Shown here: positions 13,289 through 22,917 of the stretch, one piece after another
How the letters are laid out: each line of letters begins with the position of its first letter
How positions within the stretch are numbered: the first letter of the stretch is position 1
From: an uncultured delta proteobacterium
GTDB lineage: Bacteria; Myxococcota_A; Polyangia; Fen-1088
Reading direction: 5' to 3'
Length of the DNA stretch: 64,000 bases
NCBI GenBank assembly: GCA_963767925.1
Contig: CAVYGB010000008.1
Location: forward strand, 384,001 to 448,000
Notes under the pieces: generated by a model
Databases searched by the model: none
What the model was told of the DNA's origin: nothing
What the model saw: only the letters and a program-made list of their open reading frames with translations
Made by a program: the position numbers and the translations under genes

Positions 13289-13519
13289 GAAATCACCCCG
13301 GAGGTCCCGAACCTCACCCACTGCAGCCCGCTGGCCACCGAACCACAGACCACCTGGCCAAAATACGCCTGGCCAAAACGATCCAAGACCCTCTCAAGAG
13401 ACCCTCGCCCAACACGCTCACCTCATGAAGATATCGTCCAGCCGGGGCCATCGGGGCTTGAAAGTCTCAGGGGTTCGGTTCACGATGCGCGAGGGGGGTC
13501 GAGCAGGAGCCGTGTATCG

Positions 13520-14866
13520 ATGCTTGACATACTGGTGGTCGACGATGAGCCCTCGATCCGGGTTCCGCTCGGCCATGCGCTGCGGGCAAGAGGGCATCGG
13601 GTCGCTGTAGCCAGCGACGGGGCCGAGGCGATGTCTCGCCTCGACGGCCAGGTATTTGGCCTGGTCGTCAGCGACGTCAAGCTGCCGCGGGTCGATGGCT
13701 TCACGATCCTGCGCCGCCTGCGCAAGGAGTGCCCGGGGACCGACGTTGTCCTCATGACCGCCTTCGGGACCATCGCCGACGCGGTGGCCGCCATGAAAGA
13801 GCGGGCGGTCGACTACGTCACCAAGCCCTTCGACCTGGAGGAGATGGTGCTGGTGGTCGAGCGGATCGACGAGCGCCGCCGCCTGCTGCGCGAGCTGGAG
13901 GAGGCCCGCGGGCAGCTCGCCGCCCGGCGATCCTCCGACCACATCGTGGGCCGTTCACCTCAGGTCGCCCAGCTCCGCGACCAGGTCGCCGCCATCGCCG
14001 ACAGCTCCGCCGCGGTGTTGCTGACCGGAGAGAGCGGGACCGGCAAGGAGCTGGTCGCCCGCATGATCCACGACCGCAGTCCGCGCCGGGAGAAGCCCTT
14101 CATCGCCGTCAACTGCGCGGCCATCCCGGGCCCGCTGATCGAGGCCGAGCTGTTCGGTCACGAGCGGGGGGCCTTCACCGGAGCTTTCAAGCGGCGGGCC
14201 GGCCGCTTCAAGGCCGCCGACGGAGGCACCCTCTTCCTCGACGAGATCGGGGAGATGCCGGCCGAGCTGCAGCCCAAGATGTTGCGCGTGTTGCAGGAGG
14301 GGATGTTCGAGCCGATCGGGACCAACACCTCGGCGCAGGTGGACGTGCGGGTCATCTCGGCCAGCAACCGGGATCTGAAGGCGGCGGTGGCCACGGGCAC
14401 CTTCCGCAAGGATCTCTACTACCGCATCCGGGTCTTCGATCTGCGCCTGCCCCCGCTGCGCGAGCGGCGGGGCGACCTGCCGTTGCTGGTGGGGCAATTC
14501 CTCTCGGAGTTCACGCCTCCCGGTGAGCGGATGCCGATGTTGTCGCCCGCGGCCTGGGTGGCCCTCGAGCACTACCCCTTCCCCGGCAACATCCGCGAGC
14601 TCCGGCACGCCATCCAGCACGCCACCATCCTGGCGCGGGGCCTCGACATCGACCTGCCCCACCTGCCCGACGACGTGCGGGGGGACATCGGCACGCCCCT
14701 GCCCGAGCACGTGCGCCCGCTCGACATGGCCGTCGAGCAATACGAGAAGGAGTACATCACCCGCACCTTGCACATGACGAAAGGCGAACGGAAGCGGGCC
14801 GCCGAGCTCCTCGGGATCTCCCGCAAGAGCCTTTGGAAGAAGATGTCGAAGTATGCCCTCCGTTGA
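13520..14866 (+). CDS. Sigma-54-dependent response regulator (REC-AAA+-HTH, NtrC family)
   Basis: ILVVDDE receiver, GESGTGKE, GAFTGA, LFLDEIGE, FPGNIRELR and a Fis-type HTH. Confidence 0.97.
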   Translation: MLDILVVDDEPSIRVPLGHALRARGHRVAVASDGAEAMSRLDGQVFGLVVSDVKLPRVDGFTILRRLRKECPGTDVVLMTAFGTIADAVAAMKERAVDYVTKPFDLEEMVLVVERIDERRRLLRELEEARGQLAARRSSDHIVGRSPQVAQLRDQVAAIADSSAAVLLTGESGTGKELVARMIHDRSPRREKPFIAVNCAAIPGPLIEAELFGHERGAFTGAFKRRAGRFKAADGGTLFLDEIGEMPAELQPKMLRVLQEGMFEPIGTNTSAQVDVRVISASNRDLKAAVATGTFRKDLYYRIRVFDLRLPPLRERRGDLPLLVGQFLSEFTPPGERMPMLSPAAWVALEHYPFPGNIRELRHAIQHATILARGLDIDLPHLPDDVRGDIGTPLPEHVRPLDMAVEQYEKEYITRTLHMTKGERKRAAELLGISRKSLWKKMSKYALR

Positions 14867-15637
14867 GAGGGGCGGGTCTTCCCCCCCGCTGCGGCCGGAA
14901 GGCCCGGACCCCCAGGGCGGGGCGATCCGGGCGGCCTACGGGCTGTTTTTCGCCGACGAGGCCCTCTCGGCGGTCCGCCACGACGTCCTCAACCGCCTGA
15001 CCGCTCTGGGCGCTCTCAGCTTCGAGCTGCGGCGGGGGCTGGAGCCGATCGGGGGGTGATCCGCGAACGGCTCGACGACGTGAACCGGCAGGTGGGGATG
15101 ATCTGCGAGACGGTGTCGCGCCGGCTGGCGCCCTCGCGGGACGATCCGCCCCCCCGCTGCGAGGTGGGGGAGGTGATGGAGCAGGTAGCGGGCCTCTGCC
15201 AGGGGACGGTGCCCGTGCAGGCTGCGGTCCCTGACCGGATGTGGGCCGAGGTCGATCCGGTGCAGCTCGGGGTGGCGCTCCTGTGCGTCGTCGAGAACGC
15301 GGTCCAGGCCTGCGCCGGGCGCCCGCGCGCCCGGGTGCGCCTCCGCTGCCAGAGCGAGGCGCTCGAGGAGGGGGAGGGCGAGCGCATCGCCCTCGAGGTG
15401 CTCGACGATGGCCCGGGCCTGTACGCCGAGGCGGAGGAGCGGGCCTGCGAGCGGTTCTTCAGCAGCAAGGCCGGGCACGCCGGGCTCGGTCTCAGCGTGG
15501 CCCGCACCATCCTGGGGCGCTGGCGCGGCGACCTGCTGCTCGCCAACCGCGGCGAGGGAGAGAGCGGGGTCCGGGCGGTGTTGTACCTGCCGGCCGCCCC
15601 CCGGCCAGGAACACGAGAAAAGACCGAGGGGGGATGA
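14853..15637 (+). CDS. Cytoplasmic histidine kinase lacking a sensor domain; frameshift in G6 tract 15051-15056
   Basis: H-box-like RHDVLNRL in ORF 14853..15059. N box VENAVQA, G1 DDGPGL, F box RFFSSK and G2 GLGLSV lie in ORF 15056..15637. One extra G fuses the two. Confidence 0.75.
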
Positions 15638-16032
15638 CCTCCCGTAGACCCGGCAAGTTGCTCGTCGTGGAGGACGATCGGGACGTCCGCGAGACCCTGC
15701 TGCGGGTCCTGACCGAGGTCGGTTACCAGGTCCGCGGCGTCGCCGATGGCCAGGCCGCCCTCGAGGAGCTTCGCCGGCCGGGTGAGCCTTTCCCCGCCCT
15801 CCTGTTGCTCGACCTGCGGATGCCCCGGATGGACGGGCACCGCCTGCAGGAGGAGATCGCCCGGGACCCCACCCTGGCGGGGGCCCGCATCCCGGTGATC
15901 GTCCTCTCGGCCGACTCGCGGCGCTCCAGCGATCAGCAGCTCCCGGGGGCGGTGGCGGTGCTGGCCAAGCCGGTCCGGCTGGAGCGGCTGCTGGCGACCA
16001 TCGAAGCGGTGGTGGGCCCTCCGGCAGAGTGA
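15634..16032 (+). CDS. Single-domain response regulator
   Basis: LLVVEDD, LLDLRMPRMDG, VIVLSA, KP; ATGA overlap with the kinase stop. Confidence 0.92.
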   Translation: MTSRRPGKLLVVEDDRDVRETLLRVLTEVGYQVRGVADGQAALEELRRPGEPFPALLLLDLRMPRMDGHRLQEEIARDPTLAGARIPVIVLSADSRRSSDQQLPGAVAVLAKPVRLERLLATIEAVVGPPAE

Positions 16033-16036
16033 GCGC

Positions 16037-17629
16037 TCAGCGCTCGGAGACCACCAGGCGGCGTCCGAAGGCCTGCTCGAAGCGGGGGCCGATGCGGCGG
16101 GGCCGCCAGCCGACCAGGCCGGGCACGAAGAGGCGGGCCTCCCGGCGGGTGAGCTGGACCTCGATGCTGGGGGGCGAGCCGACGGTGCAGCGCTGCTCGA
16201 TCTCGTCGGACAGCGCCAGCAGGGTGGCGGCCCGCTCGACCGGCCGGCGATCGCGCTTGTCGAGCAGCGGGTGGTAGCGATCCAGCGAGGCGTTGTCGTC
16301 GCCGGCGCTGCGGACGATGGCCGAGAGCAGGACCACCTCGCGGTGAGAGAAACCCAGCAGATCGGTCGACAGGACGATGTCGGCCACGTGTTCGTAGCGT
16401 TCGAAGAAGTCGATGCTGCGGCCGATGTCGAGCAGGGTGGCGCCGTGCCCGAGCATCTCGCGCAGGGGCTCGTCCTTCGCCGGCTCGAGGGCCCGGAAGA
16501 GGGCGTCGACGACGCTGGTCCGGTGGGCGGCGGGGCGGCTGTCCCAGGCCCGGAAGGCCGCTCCCAGGGCGGCGATGGCGGCCCGGCGGACCTCCCTGGG
16601 AGGTGGGAGCTGATCGGAGACGAGGCTGGCGGCCAGGCCCTCCCGCACCCCCTGCCCGGAGACCTGCAGGTGGTCCGCCTCGAGGATCTTCATGAGGGTC
16701 GAGGTGGCCAGGGCGCCGCCCACGATGGAGTCCACCCGGTCGTCGTTGAGACCGGGCACCGAGGCCAGCCGGTCCTGCCGGCGGGAGCTCAGCAGCTCGA
16801 CCATCTCCTCGACCCGCTCGCGCTCGAGCCGGTAGCCGTGCAGGCGGGGCAGGGGATAGCTGCGGCTGCGCAGGTCGATCTTGGCCAGGTTGCGGACCGT
16901 GCCCCCGGTCCCCACCAGGCAGCCGCGATCGCCCAGGGAGGGCAGGGGGATCTCCCGGAGCACCTTGCGCACGTGGGCCGCCAGGCGGCGCTGGTCACGG
17001 TCGGAGGGCGGATCGGCGGAGAGGAAGGTGTCGGACAGCCGCAGCGCCCCCAGCGGGAAGCTCCACTCCCGGCCGATACGCCGGTTCCGGTAGAGGGTGA
17101 TCTGCAGGCTGCCGCCGCCCAGGTCGAACATGACCCCGCTCTCGACCGGCAGGCCCCGCAGGGCGCCGAGGGCGCCGTAGTGCGCCTCTTCCTGGCCGCT
17201 GATGATGCGCAGGCGCAGGCCCAGCTCGCGCCGCACGCGGGTCAGCAGGGCGGGGCCGTTGGCGGCGTCGCGGATGGCGGAGGTCGCCACGGCCAGGGTC
17301 TTGCGGGCGCCGCTGCCGACGGCCAGGGCGTGAAAGTCGGCCAGCGCGTCCAGGGTGCGGTTGATTGCCTGGTCGCTCAGCGTGTTGTCTTCCTTGAGAT
17401 CGCTGACCAGCCGGAGGGAGGCCCGGCTGCTGGCCAGGATGCGCAGGTGCCCCTCGGGCAGGATCTCGTAGACCACCACCCGGCCGGAGTTCGATCCGAT
17501 GTCGATGACGGCAACCGGTGCCGCGGCCGCGCCCGGTCGCACGAACAGAGATTCGGCGAAGCGTGTCGCGGCGTCAAACGCCCGCGAGACCAGGGGCCGT
17601 CGGAGGCGAACGGGTTGGCGGCCCTTCAT
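16037..17629 (-). CDS. ppx: Exopolyphosphatase Ppx/GppA
   Basis: VIDIGSNSGR, ATSAIRDAANG, ISGQEEA, DLGGGSLQ, GTGGTVR, GVREG and an HD-like C-terminal domain. The start may lie slightly downstream. Confidence 0.93.
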   Translation of the reverse strand: MKGRQPVRLRRPLVSRAFDAATRFAESLFVRPGAAAAPVAVIDIGSNSGRVVVYEILPEGHLRILASSRASLRLVSDLKEDNTLSDQAINRTLDALADFHALAVGSGARKTLAVATSAIRDAANGPALLTRVRRELGLRLRIISGQEEAHYGALGALRGLPVESGVMFDLGGGSLQITLYRNRRIGREWSFPLGALRLSDTFLSADPPSDRDQRRLAAHVRKVLREIPLPSLGDRGCLVGTGGTVRNLAKIDLRSRSYPLPRLHGYRLERERVEEMVELLSSRRQDRLASVPGLNDDRVDSIVGGALATSTLMKILEADHLQVSGQGVREGLAASLVSDQLPPPREVRRAAIAALGAAFRAWDSRPAAHRTSVVDALFRALEPAKDEPLREMLGHGATLLDIGRSIDFFERYEHVADIVLSTDLLGFSHREVVLLSAIVRSAGDDNASLDRYHPLLDKRDRRPVERAATLLALSDEIEQRCTVGSPPSIEVQLTRREARLFVPGLVGWRPRRIGPRFEQAFGRRLVVSER

Positions 17630-18509
17630 TCGTCCCCGGCCGGTCGGCCTGGCTCGACACCAGCGCGGGCAGCCGCTCGTGAAAGCGGATCAAGTAGTCG
17701 CGGTGGCGCCGCCTCTGCTCGCGGCGCGCGCGCACCCGCAGCTTGCGGTAGCCGGTCAGCGGGCGCGGGGAGGCGCCCGCCTCGGTCAGGGCCTGGAGGC
17801 GACGCTCCAGCCGGCGGGCCAGCTCGCTCCAGTCGTGGTGCTCGCCCAGGACATCGAGCAGCTCCTTGAGCCGCTCCAGCCGCGCCTCCCGATCGGGCGC
17901 GGGGGCCTGCGTCTCGGACCATGCGGTGAGCGCGCCCCGGTATTTCTTGAGCGCCACCCGCAGCTCGTGGAGCGCCTCCCCGTCCTCCCAGCCGCCCAGG
18001 TCCCCCCGGCGCGCGAGCACCTCGCGCGCGCAGGGATCGAGGGCCGCGCGAGCCGGCGAGGCGCTCGCCCCGGGCGGCTCTCCCCGGCGGACCGCTTTGC
18101 GCACCTTGCGGGCGAGGGCCTCCACCGGATGTTCGTGGCGGAGCTTGCGGCGCAGCTCGCGATCCCGCCTGTCGCGCTGGCGCGACAGGTATTTCGCCAT
18201 GTCGCAGGCGGCTTCCCGCTCCTCGGCGGCCCTCGCGCCGTCGGCCAGCCGCGCCAGGTTGGTCAAGGCGACGTCGAGGTCCCGCACCGGCGCCGCGAGC
18301 TTGGTGAGCCGCTTGGCCTGGCGGGCGAGCCGGGGCTGCGCCGAGCGGTCGAACGAGCCAGAGAAGGCGGTCAGCGCCCCGCGTAGCTGCCGCGAGGTGG
18401 TCCGCAACCTGTGCCAGTCCTTGCGCTTGCCCCGGCGCTGCGCCTTCCTGGCGGTGCGCTCCAGCGCGCTGGCGATGGTCGTTATCTGCCTGGCCGCCGT
18501 GCCGCGCAT
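17574..18509 (-). CDS. CHAD-domain (polyphosphate-binding) protein
   Basis: WHRLRTTSRQLR, VRDLDV, LHELRVALKKYR, LGEHHD; adjacent to ppx. Confidence 0.88.
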   Translation of the reverse strand: MRGTAARQITTIASALERTARKAQRRGKRKDWHRLRTTSRQLRGALTAFSGSFDRSAQPRLARQAKRLTKLAAPVRDLDVALTNLARLADGARAAEEREAACDMAKYLSRQRDRRDRELRRKLRHEHPVEALARKVRKAVRRGEPPGASASPARAALDPCAREVLARRGDLGGWEDGEALHELRVALKKYRGALTAWSETQAPAPDREARLERLKELLDVLGEHHDWSELARRLERRLQALTEAGASPRPLTGYRKLRVRARREQRRRHRDYLIRFHERLPALVSSQADRPGTNEGPPTRSPPTAPGLAGV

Positions 18510-18661
18510 CCCGGGAGGTTGTCATGCTGCCCGTCCATTCTCTAATCCTTGCGAACGCACCTGGGCAACGGCTCCCGGGGGATGAATGAGTAGAAAGCGA
18601 CGGCTGGGAAAACGGAACTCGACCTTTTGCGGCCGGTCGGGCGCGGATAGTATGCCCACGC

Positions 18662-20383
18662 ATGTTTCCCGACAACGCCTCGCGTTCAAACGTCCCAAAA
18701 CTTTGCCGCGACGTTGCGGCCGTGGTGTGTACCTTGTTGATGGCCTCGGTCCCGTCCGCCTCGGCGCAGACGACCCCGGCGCAGCCGGCGGCCGCGCCCG
18801 CGCCCGCCGTGGTACCCATCCCGGCCAGCGTGACCCCCCGCCCGGGCACCTTCACCCTCACCGCCGCCACCCGCATCCAGGCCCCGGCCGCCCTCAAGGG
18901 CGTTGCCGAACGGTTCCGGGAGAGCCTGCGTGACGCCACCGGGTTCCCCTTGCCGGTGTCGACGGCAGCCTCCGGCTCGCGCATCGTGCTCGCCCTGGAT
19001 CCCCGGCTGCAGAAGGATCTCGGGGACGAGGGCTATCGCCTCTCGGTGACCAGGCAGAAGGTAGAGATCCGCGCCGCCAAGCCGGCGGGCGCCTTCTACG
19101 GGCTGCAGACCTTTCGCCAGCTCCTGCCCCCCGAGGCCTTCCGCCGGGCTCCCGCCGGCGAGGTGGCCTGGAAGGCGGCCTGCGTGGAGATCGAGGACAA
19201 GCCCCGCTTCTCCTGGCGGGGCAGCCACCTCGACGTGGCCCGCCACTTCCTGCCGAAGGAGTTCCTCCTCAAGCACCTCGATCTGATGGCGCTGCACAAG
19301 CTCAACGTCTTCCACTGGCACCTCACCGAAGACCAGGGCTGGCGCATCGAGATCAAGAAGTACCCCAAGCTCGTGGAGGTCGGCGCCTGGCGCAAGGACA
19401 GCGCCCTCGGCCCGCCGCCCCCCGAGCGGCCGCGCAAGTGGAAGTTCCGGGGCAAGCCCCACGGCGGCTACTACACCCAGGAGGAGGCCCGTGAGGTGGT
19501 GGCCTACGCCGCCGAGCGCTTCATCACCGTGGTCCCCGAGATCGAGATGCCGGGCCACGCCCGCGCCGCCATCGCCGCCTACCCGGAGCTGGGCAACACC
19601 GGCAAGCCGATCGAGGTCGCCACCTCCTGGGGCATCTTCGAGGAGATCTTCAACGTCGAGGACCGGACCCTGAAGTTCCTGCAGGACGTGCTCGACGAGA
19701 TCCTGGCCATCTTCCCCTCGAAGTTCATCCACGTGGGCGGCGACGAGGTCCCCAAGAAGGAGTGGAAGGAGAGCCCCGCCGCCCAGGCCCGCATGAAGGC
19801 GCTCGGCCTCAAGACCGAGGAGGAGCTGCAGAGCTGGTTCATCCGTCAGATGGGGGCCTGGCTCGACTCCCGCGGCCGCCGGCTGGTGGGCTGGGAGGAG
19901 ATCCTGGAAGGCGGGCTCGCGCCCGGGGCCACCGTGATGAGCTGGCAGAGCATCGAGCCGGCCATCGCCACCGCCAAGCTCGGCCACGACGCCATCATGG
20001 CGCCCACCCAGTGGACCTACCTCGACTACCTCCAGTCCAAGGACCCGCGTGAGCCGGTGGGGATCGGCGGCAACAACCCGCTCGAGAAGGTCTACGCCTT
20101 CGACCCCATCCCCAACGAGCTTGCCCCCGAGCTGGCGAAGCACATCCTGGGCGGGCAAGCCCAGATCTGGACCGAATACATGCCGAACGGCAAACACGTC
20201 GAATACATGGCCTGGCCCCGCCTGTGTGCCCTGGCCGAGTCGGTCTGGTCGACGCAGAAGGCTCGCGGCTGGGACGGTTTCAAGCAGCGGCTCGGCGACG
20301 CTCACCTGCGCCGGCTCAAGTACCTCGACGTGGCCTACCGCCCCCTGGAAGGGCCCCACCCGACCGCGCAGACGATTCCGTAA
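18662..20383 (+). CDS. Beta-N-acetylhexosaminidase (GH20), secreted
   Basis: EDKPRFSWRG, LDVARHF, FHWHLTEDQGWR, PEIEMPGH, catalytic HVGGDE, QIWTEY; signal peptide. Confidence 0.97.
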   Translation: MFPDNASRSNVPKLCRDVAAVVCTLLMASVPSASAQTTPAQPAAAPAPAVVPIPASVTPRPGTFTLTAATRIQAPAALKGVAERFRESLRDATGFPLPVSTAASGSRIVLALDPRLQKDLGDEGYRLSVTRQKVEIRAAKPAGAFYGLQTFRQLLPPEAFRRAPAGEVAWKAACVEIEDKPRFSWRGSHLDVARHFLPKEFLLKHLDLMALHKLNVFHWHLTEDQGWRIEIKKYPKLVEVGAWRKDSALGPPPPERPRKWKFRGKPHGGYYTQEEAREVVAYAAERFITVVPEIEMPGHARAAIAAYPELGNTGKPIEVATSWGIFEEIFNVEDRTLKFLQDVLDEILAIFPSKFIHVGGDEVPKKEWKESPAAQARMKALGLKTEEELQSWFIRQMGAWLDSRGRRLVGWEEILEGGLAPGATVMSWQSIEPAIATAKLGHDAIMAPTQWTYLDYLQSKDPREPVGIGGNNPLEKVYAFDPIPNELAPELAKHILGGQAQIWTEYMPNGKHVEYMAWPRLCALAESVWSTQKARGWDGFKQRLGDAHLRRLKYLDVAYRPLEGPHPTAQTIP

Positions 20384-20398
20384 AGGCAGGAGACTAGC

Positions 20399-22204
20399 GT
20401 GACACTCGATCTCATCGACTGGTTGGTCGTCGCCGCCTACTTCGCGGCGAATCTCGGCGTGGGCCTGTATTACCGCAAGCGCGCCAGCAGGAGCGTGGAC
20501 GAGTACTTCGCGGGTGGACGCAACGTCTCCTGGTGGCTGGCCGGCACCAGCATGGTGGCCACCACCTTCGCCGCCGACACCCCTCTGGCGGTCACCGGGC
20601 TGGTGGCCTCCCACGGCATCGCGGGCAACTGGCTGTGGTGGAACATGTTGCTGGGCGGGATGCTCACGGTGTTCTTCTTCGCCCGCCTCTGGCGGCGGGC
20701 GGGGGTGCTGACCGACGTGGAGCTGGCCGAGGTGCGCTACAGCGGTCCGCCTGCGGCCTTCTTGCGCGGCTTCCGGGCGCTGTACCTGGGGCTGCCCATC
20801 AACTGCATCATCCTCGGCTGGGTCAACCTGGCCATGGTCAAGGTCCTCACCGTGATCTTCCCCGGGCTGGCCTTCCCGGCGATCGGCGTCACCGATTCCA
20901 AGATTGCGGCGCTCCTCGTCGTGTTCGTGATCATGGTGCTGACCGCCTCCATCTCCGTGCTGTCCGGGCTGTGGGGCGTGCTCGTCACCGACCTCATCCA
21001 GTTCGTGCTGAAGATGGGCATGGTGATCGTGCTGGCCTACTACGCCGTGCGGGCGGCGGGCGGCATGGACGGGCTGCGGGAAGGGCTGGCCAAGCTGGAC
21101 GCCGATCGGGCGGGAGGCTCGATCCTCTCCTTCGTGCCCGAGGTGGGGTCGGCCTGGATGCCCCTGCTCACCTTCTTCGTCTACATCGCGGTGACCTGGT
21201 GGGCGACCTGGTACCCGGGCGCGGAGCCGGGCGGCGGCGGCTACGTCGCTCAGCGCATGTTCAGCGCCAAGGACGAGCGGCACTCGCTGCTGGCCACCCT
21301 CTGGTTCGCGATCGCCCACTACGCCTTGCGCCCCTGGCCCTGGATCCTGGCGGCGCTCGCCAGCCTGGTCCTCTACCCCAAGCTCGTCGACAAGGAGTCG
21401 GGGTACATCCAGCTCATCGTCGACCCCAACGTGTTTCCGCCCGCCCTGCGCGGTTTGATGGTGGCGGCCTTCGCCGCGGCCTACATGTCGACGGTGGCGA
21501 CCCAGCTCAACTGGGGGGCCTCTTACCTGATCAACGACGTCTACAAGCGCTTCTGGGTCAAGGAGGCGGGCCAGCGCCACTACATCCGGGCCTCGCAAGT
21601 GGCGACTGTCATCCTGATGATTGCCTCCTGCGTGGTCACCTACTTCCAGACCTCGGTCTCCGAGGCCTGGAAGCTCCTGCTCGCCATCGGCGCCGGGACG
21701 GGCAGCGTGCAGATCCTGCGCTGGTTCTGGTGGCGCCTCAACGCCTGGAGCGAGGTCTCCGCCATGGGGGCCAGCCTGGTGGTCTCGCTGTTCCTGCAGT
21801 CGGTCCTGAAGATGAACACCTCGGACCCCCGCGAGTTCGGCATCACGGTGCTGATCACGGTGGCGGTCTCCACCGTCACCTGGCTGTCGGTCACCTACCT
21901 CACCCGGCCCGAGACCGACCAGGTGTTGCTCAATTTTTACCGCCGGGTGCGCCCCAACGTCTTCGGCTGGGGGCCGATCGCCCGTCAGGCCACCGACGTG
22001 CCGCCCGTGCGGGACGGCACCACCAACTTCCTCGACTGGATCGCCGGGGTGGCCATGGTCTACCTGGCGCTGTTCGGGGTGGGAAAGATCATCTTCGCCG
22101 ACTACGGCCTGGGAATCCTCTTCCTGGCTGGCTCGGCGGCGGCGGCGGTCTTTCTCTACATCCACCTCAACCGGCGCGGCTGGAAGGTGGTCAGCGACAG
22201 CTAG
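20399..22204 (+). CDS. Sodium:solute symporter (SSS family)
   Basis: Multi-TM protein; WWLAGTSMVATTFAADTPL, TDLIQF, AQRMFSAKDE, AAYMST; follows the GH20 gene by 15 bp. Confidence 0.93.
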   Translation: MTLDLIDWLVVAAYFAANLGVGLYYRKRASRSVDEYFAGGRNVSWWLAGTSMVATTFAADTPLAVTGLVASHGIAGNWLWWNMLLGGMLTVFFFARLWRRAGVLTDVELAEVRYSGPPAAFLRGFRALYLGLPINCIILGWVNLAMVKVLTVIFPGLAFPAIGVTDSKIAALLVVFVIMVLTASISVLSGLWGVLVTDLIQFVLKMGMVIVLAYYAVRAAGGMDGLREGLAKLDADRAGGSILSFVPEVGSAWMPLLTFFVYIAVTWWATWYPGAEPGGGGYVAQRMFSAKDERHSLLATLWFAIAHYALRPWPWILAALASLVLYPKLVDKESGYIQLIVDPNVFPPALRGLMVAAFAAAYMSTVATQLNWGASYLINDVYKRFWVKEAGQRHYIRASQVATVILMIASCVVTYFQTSVSEAWKLLLAIGAGTGSVQILRWFWWRLNAWSEVSAMGASLVVSLFLQSVLKMNTSDPREFGITVLITVAVSTVTWLSVTYLTRPETDQVLLNFYRRVRPNVFGWGPIARQATDVPPVRDGTTNFLDWIAGVAMVYLALFGVGKIIFADYGLGILFLAGSAAAAVFLYIHLNRRGWKVVSDS

Positions 22205-22230
22205 CCCCCAGCCAGTCCCCGGCTCGCTTG

Positions 22231-22881
22231 CTAGAGCGAGAAGGCGCGCCCGAAGATCGCGGCCAGGTGGCGGACCACCGGGCCGCGCAGCTCGTCGGTC
22301 GAGACCGACCGTCCCAGGCAGCTCGACAGGGAGGCCATCACCTGCGATTCGAGGCCGCAGGGGTTGATGGCGGAGAAGCGGGACAGGTCGGTCGACACGT
22401 TGAGGGCGAAGCCGTGCAGGGTGACCCAGCGCTTGACGGCCACTCCGATCGACGCCAGCTTGCGCGCTGGCGGCTCCTGCATCCAGACCCCGGTCCAGCC
22501 GGGGCGCCGGCCGGTGGTCAAGCCCAGCTCGGCGATGGCCTGGATGAGCGCCTCCTCGATCCCCCGCAGGTAGGCGTGCAGGTCGTGCTCGTCGGGGCGG
22601 AGCAAGAAGATGGGGTAGCCGACGAGCTGCCCGGGGCCGTGGTAGGTGACGTCGCCCCCCCGCTCGATCTCGAAGACCGGCATGTCCTCGGGCCGGAGCA
22701 GGTTCTCACGGCGGGTGCCGCGGCCGAGGGTGATGACGTCGGGATGCTCGACGAGCACCAGGGTGTCGGGGATCTCGTCGCGCTGGCGAGCGGCCACGAG
22801 CTGGCGCTGCATTTCCCATACGGCTCCGAAGTCTCGTAGGCCGAGGTCGATCACGCGGGCGGGGTGGGGGGAGGTGGTCAC
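22231..22881 (-). CDS. lipB: Lipoyl(octanoyl) transferase
   Basis: [49 protein letters not shown]. Confidence 0.96.
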   Translation of the reverse strand: MTTSPHPARVIDLGLRDFGAVWEMQRQLVAARQRDEIPDTLVLVEHPDVITLGRGTRRENLLRPEDMPVFEIERGGDVTYHGPGQLVGYPIFLLRPDEHDLHAYLRGIEEALIQAIAELGLTTGRRPGWTGVWMQEPPARKLASIGVAVKRWVTLHGFALNVSTDLSRFSAINPCGLESQVMASLSSCLGRSVSTDELRGPVVRHLAAIFGRAFSL

Positions 22882-22917
22882 GGCAGGAGCGATGAAGTAT
22901 ACCGAGCCCGGACCATC

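Noticed and set aside
18686..22165. Very long alternative ORFs (e.g. 18686..22165 -, 29844..33392 -, 42282..45866 +, 58789..60594 +)
   Set aside because: These are antisense or off-frame shadows of real genes, caused by stop-codon scarcity in high-GC DNA, and carry no motifs.
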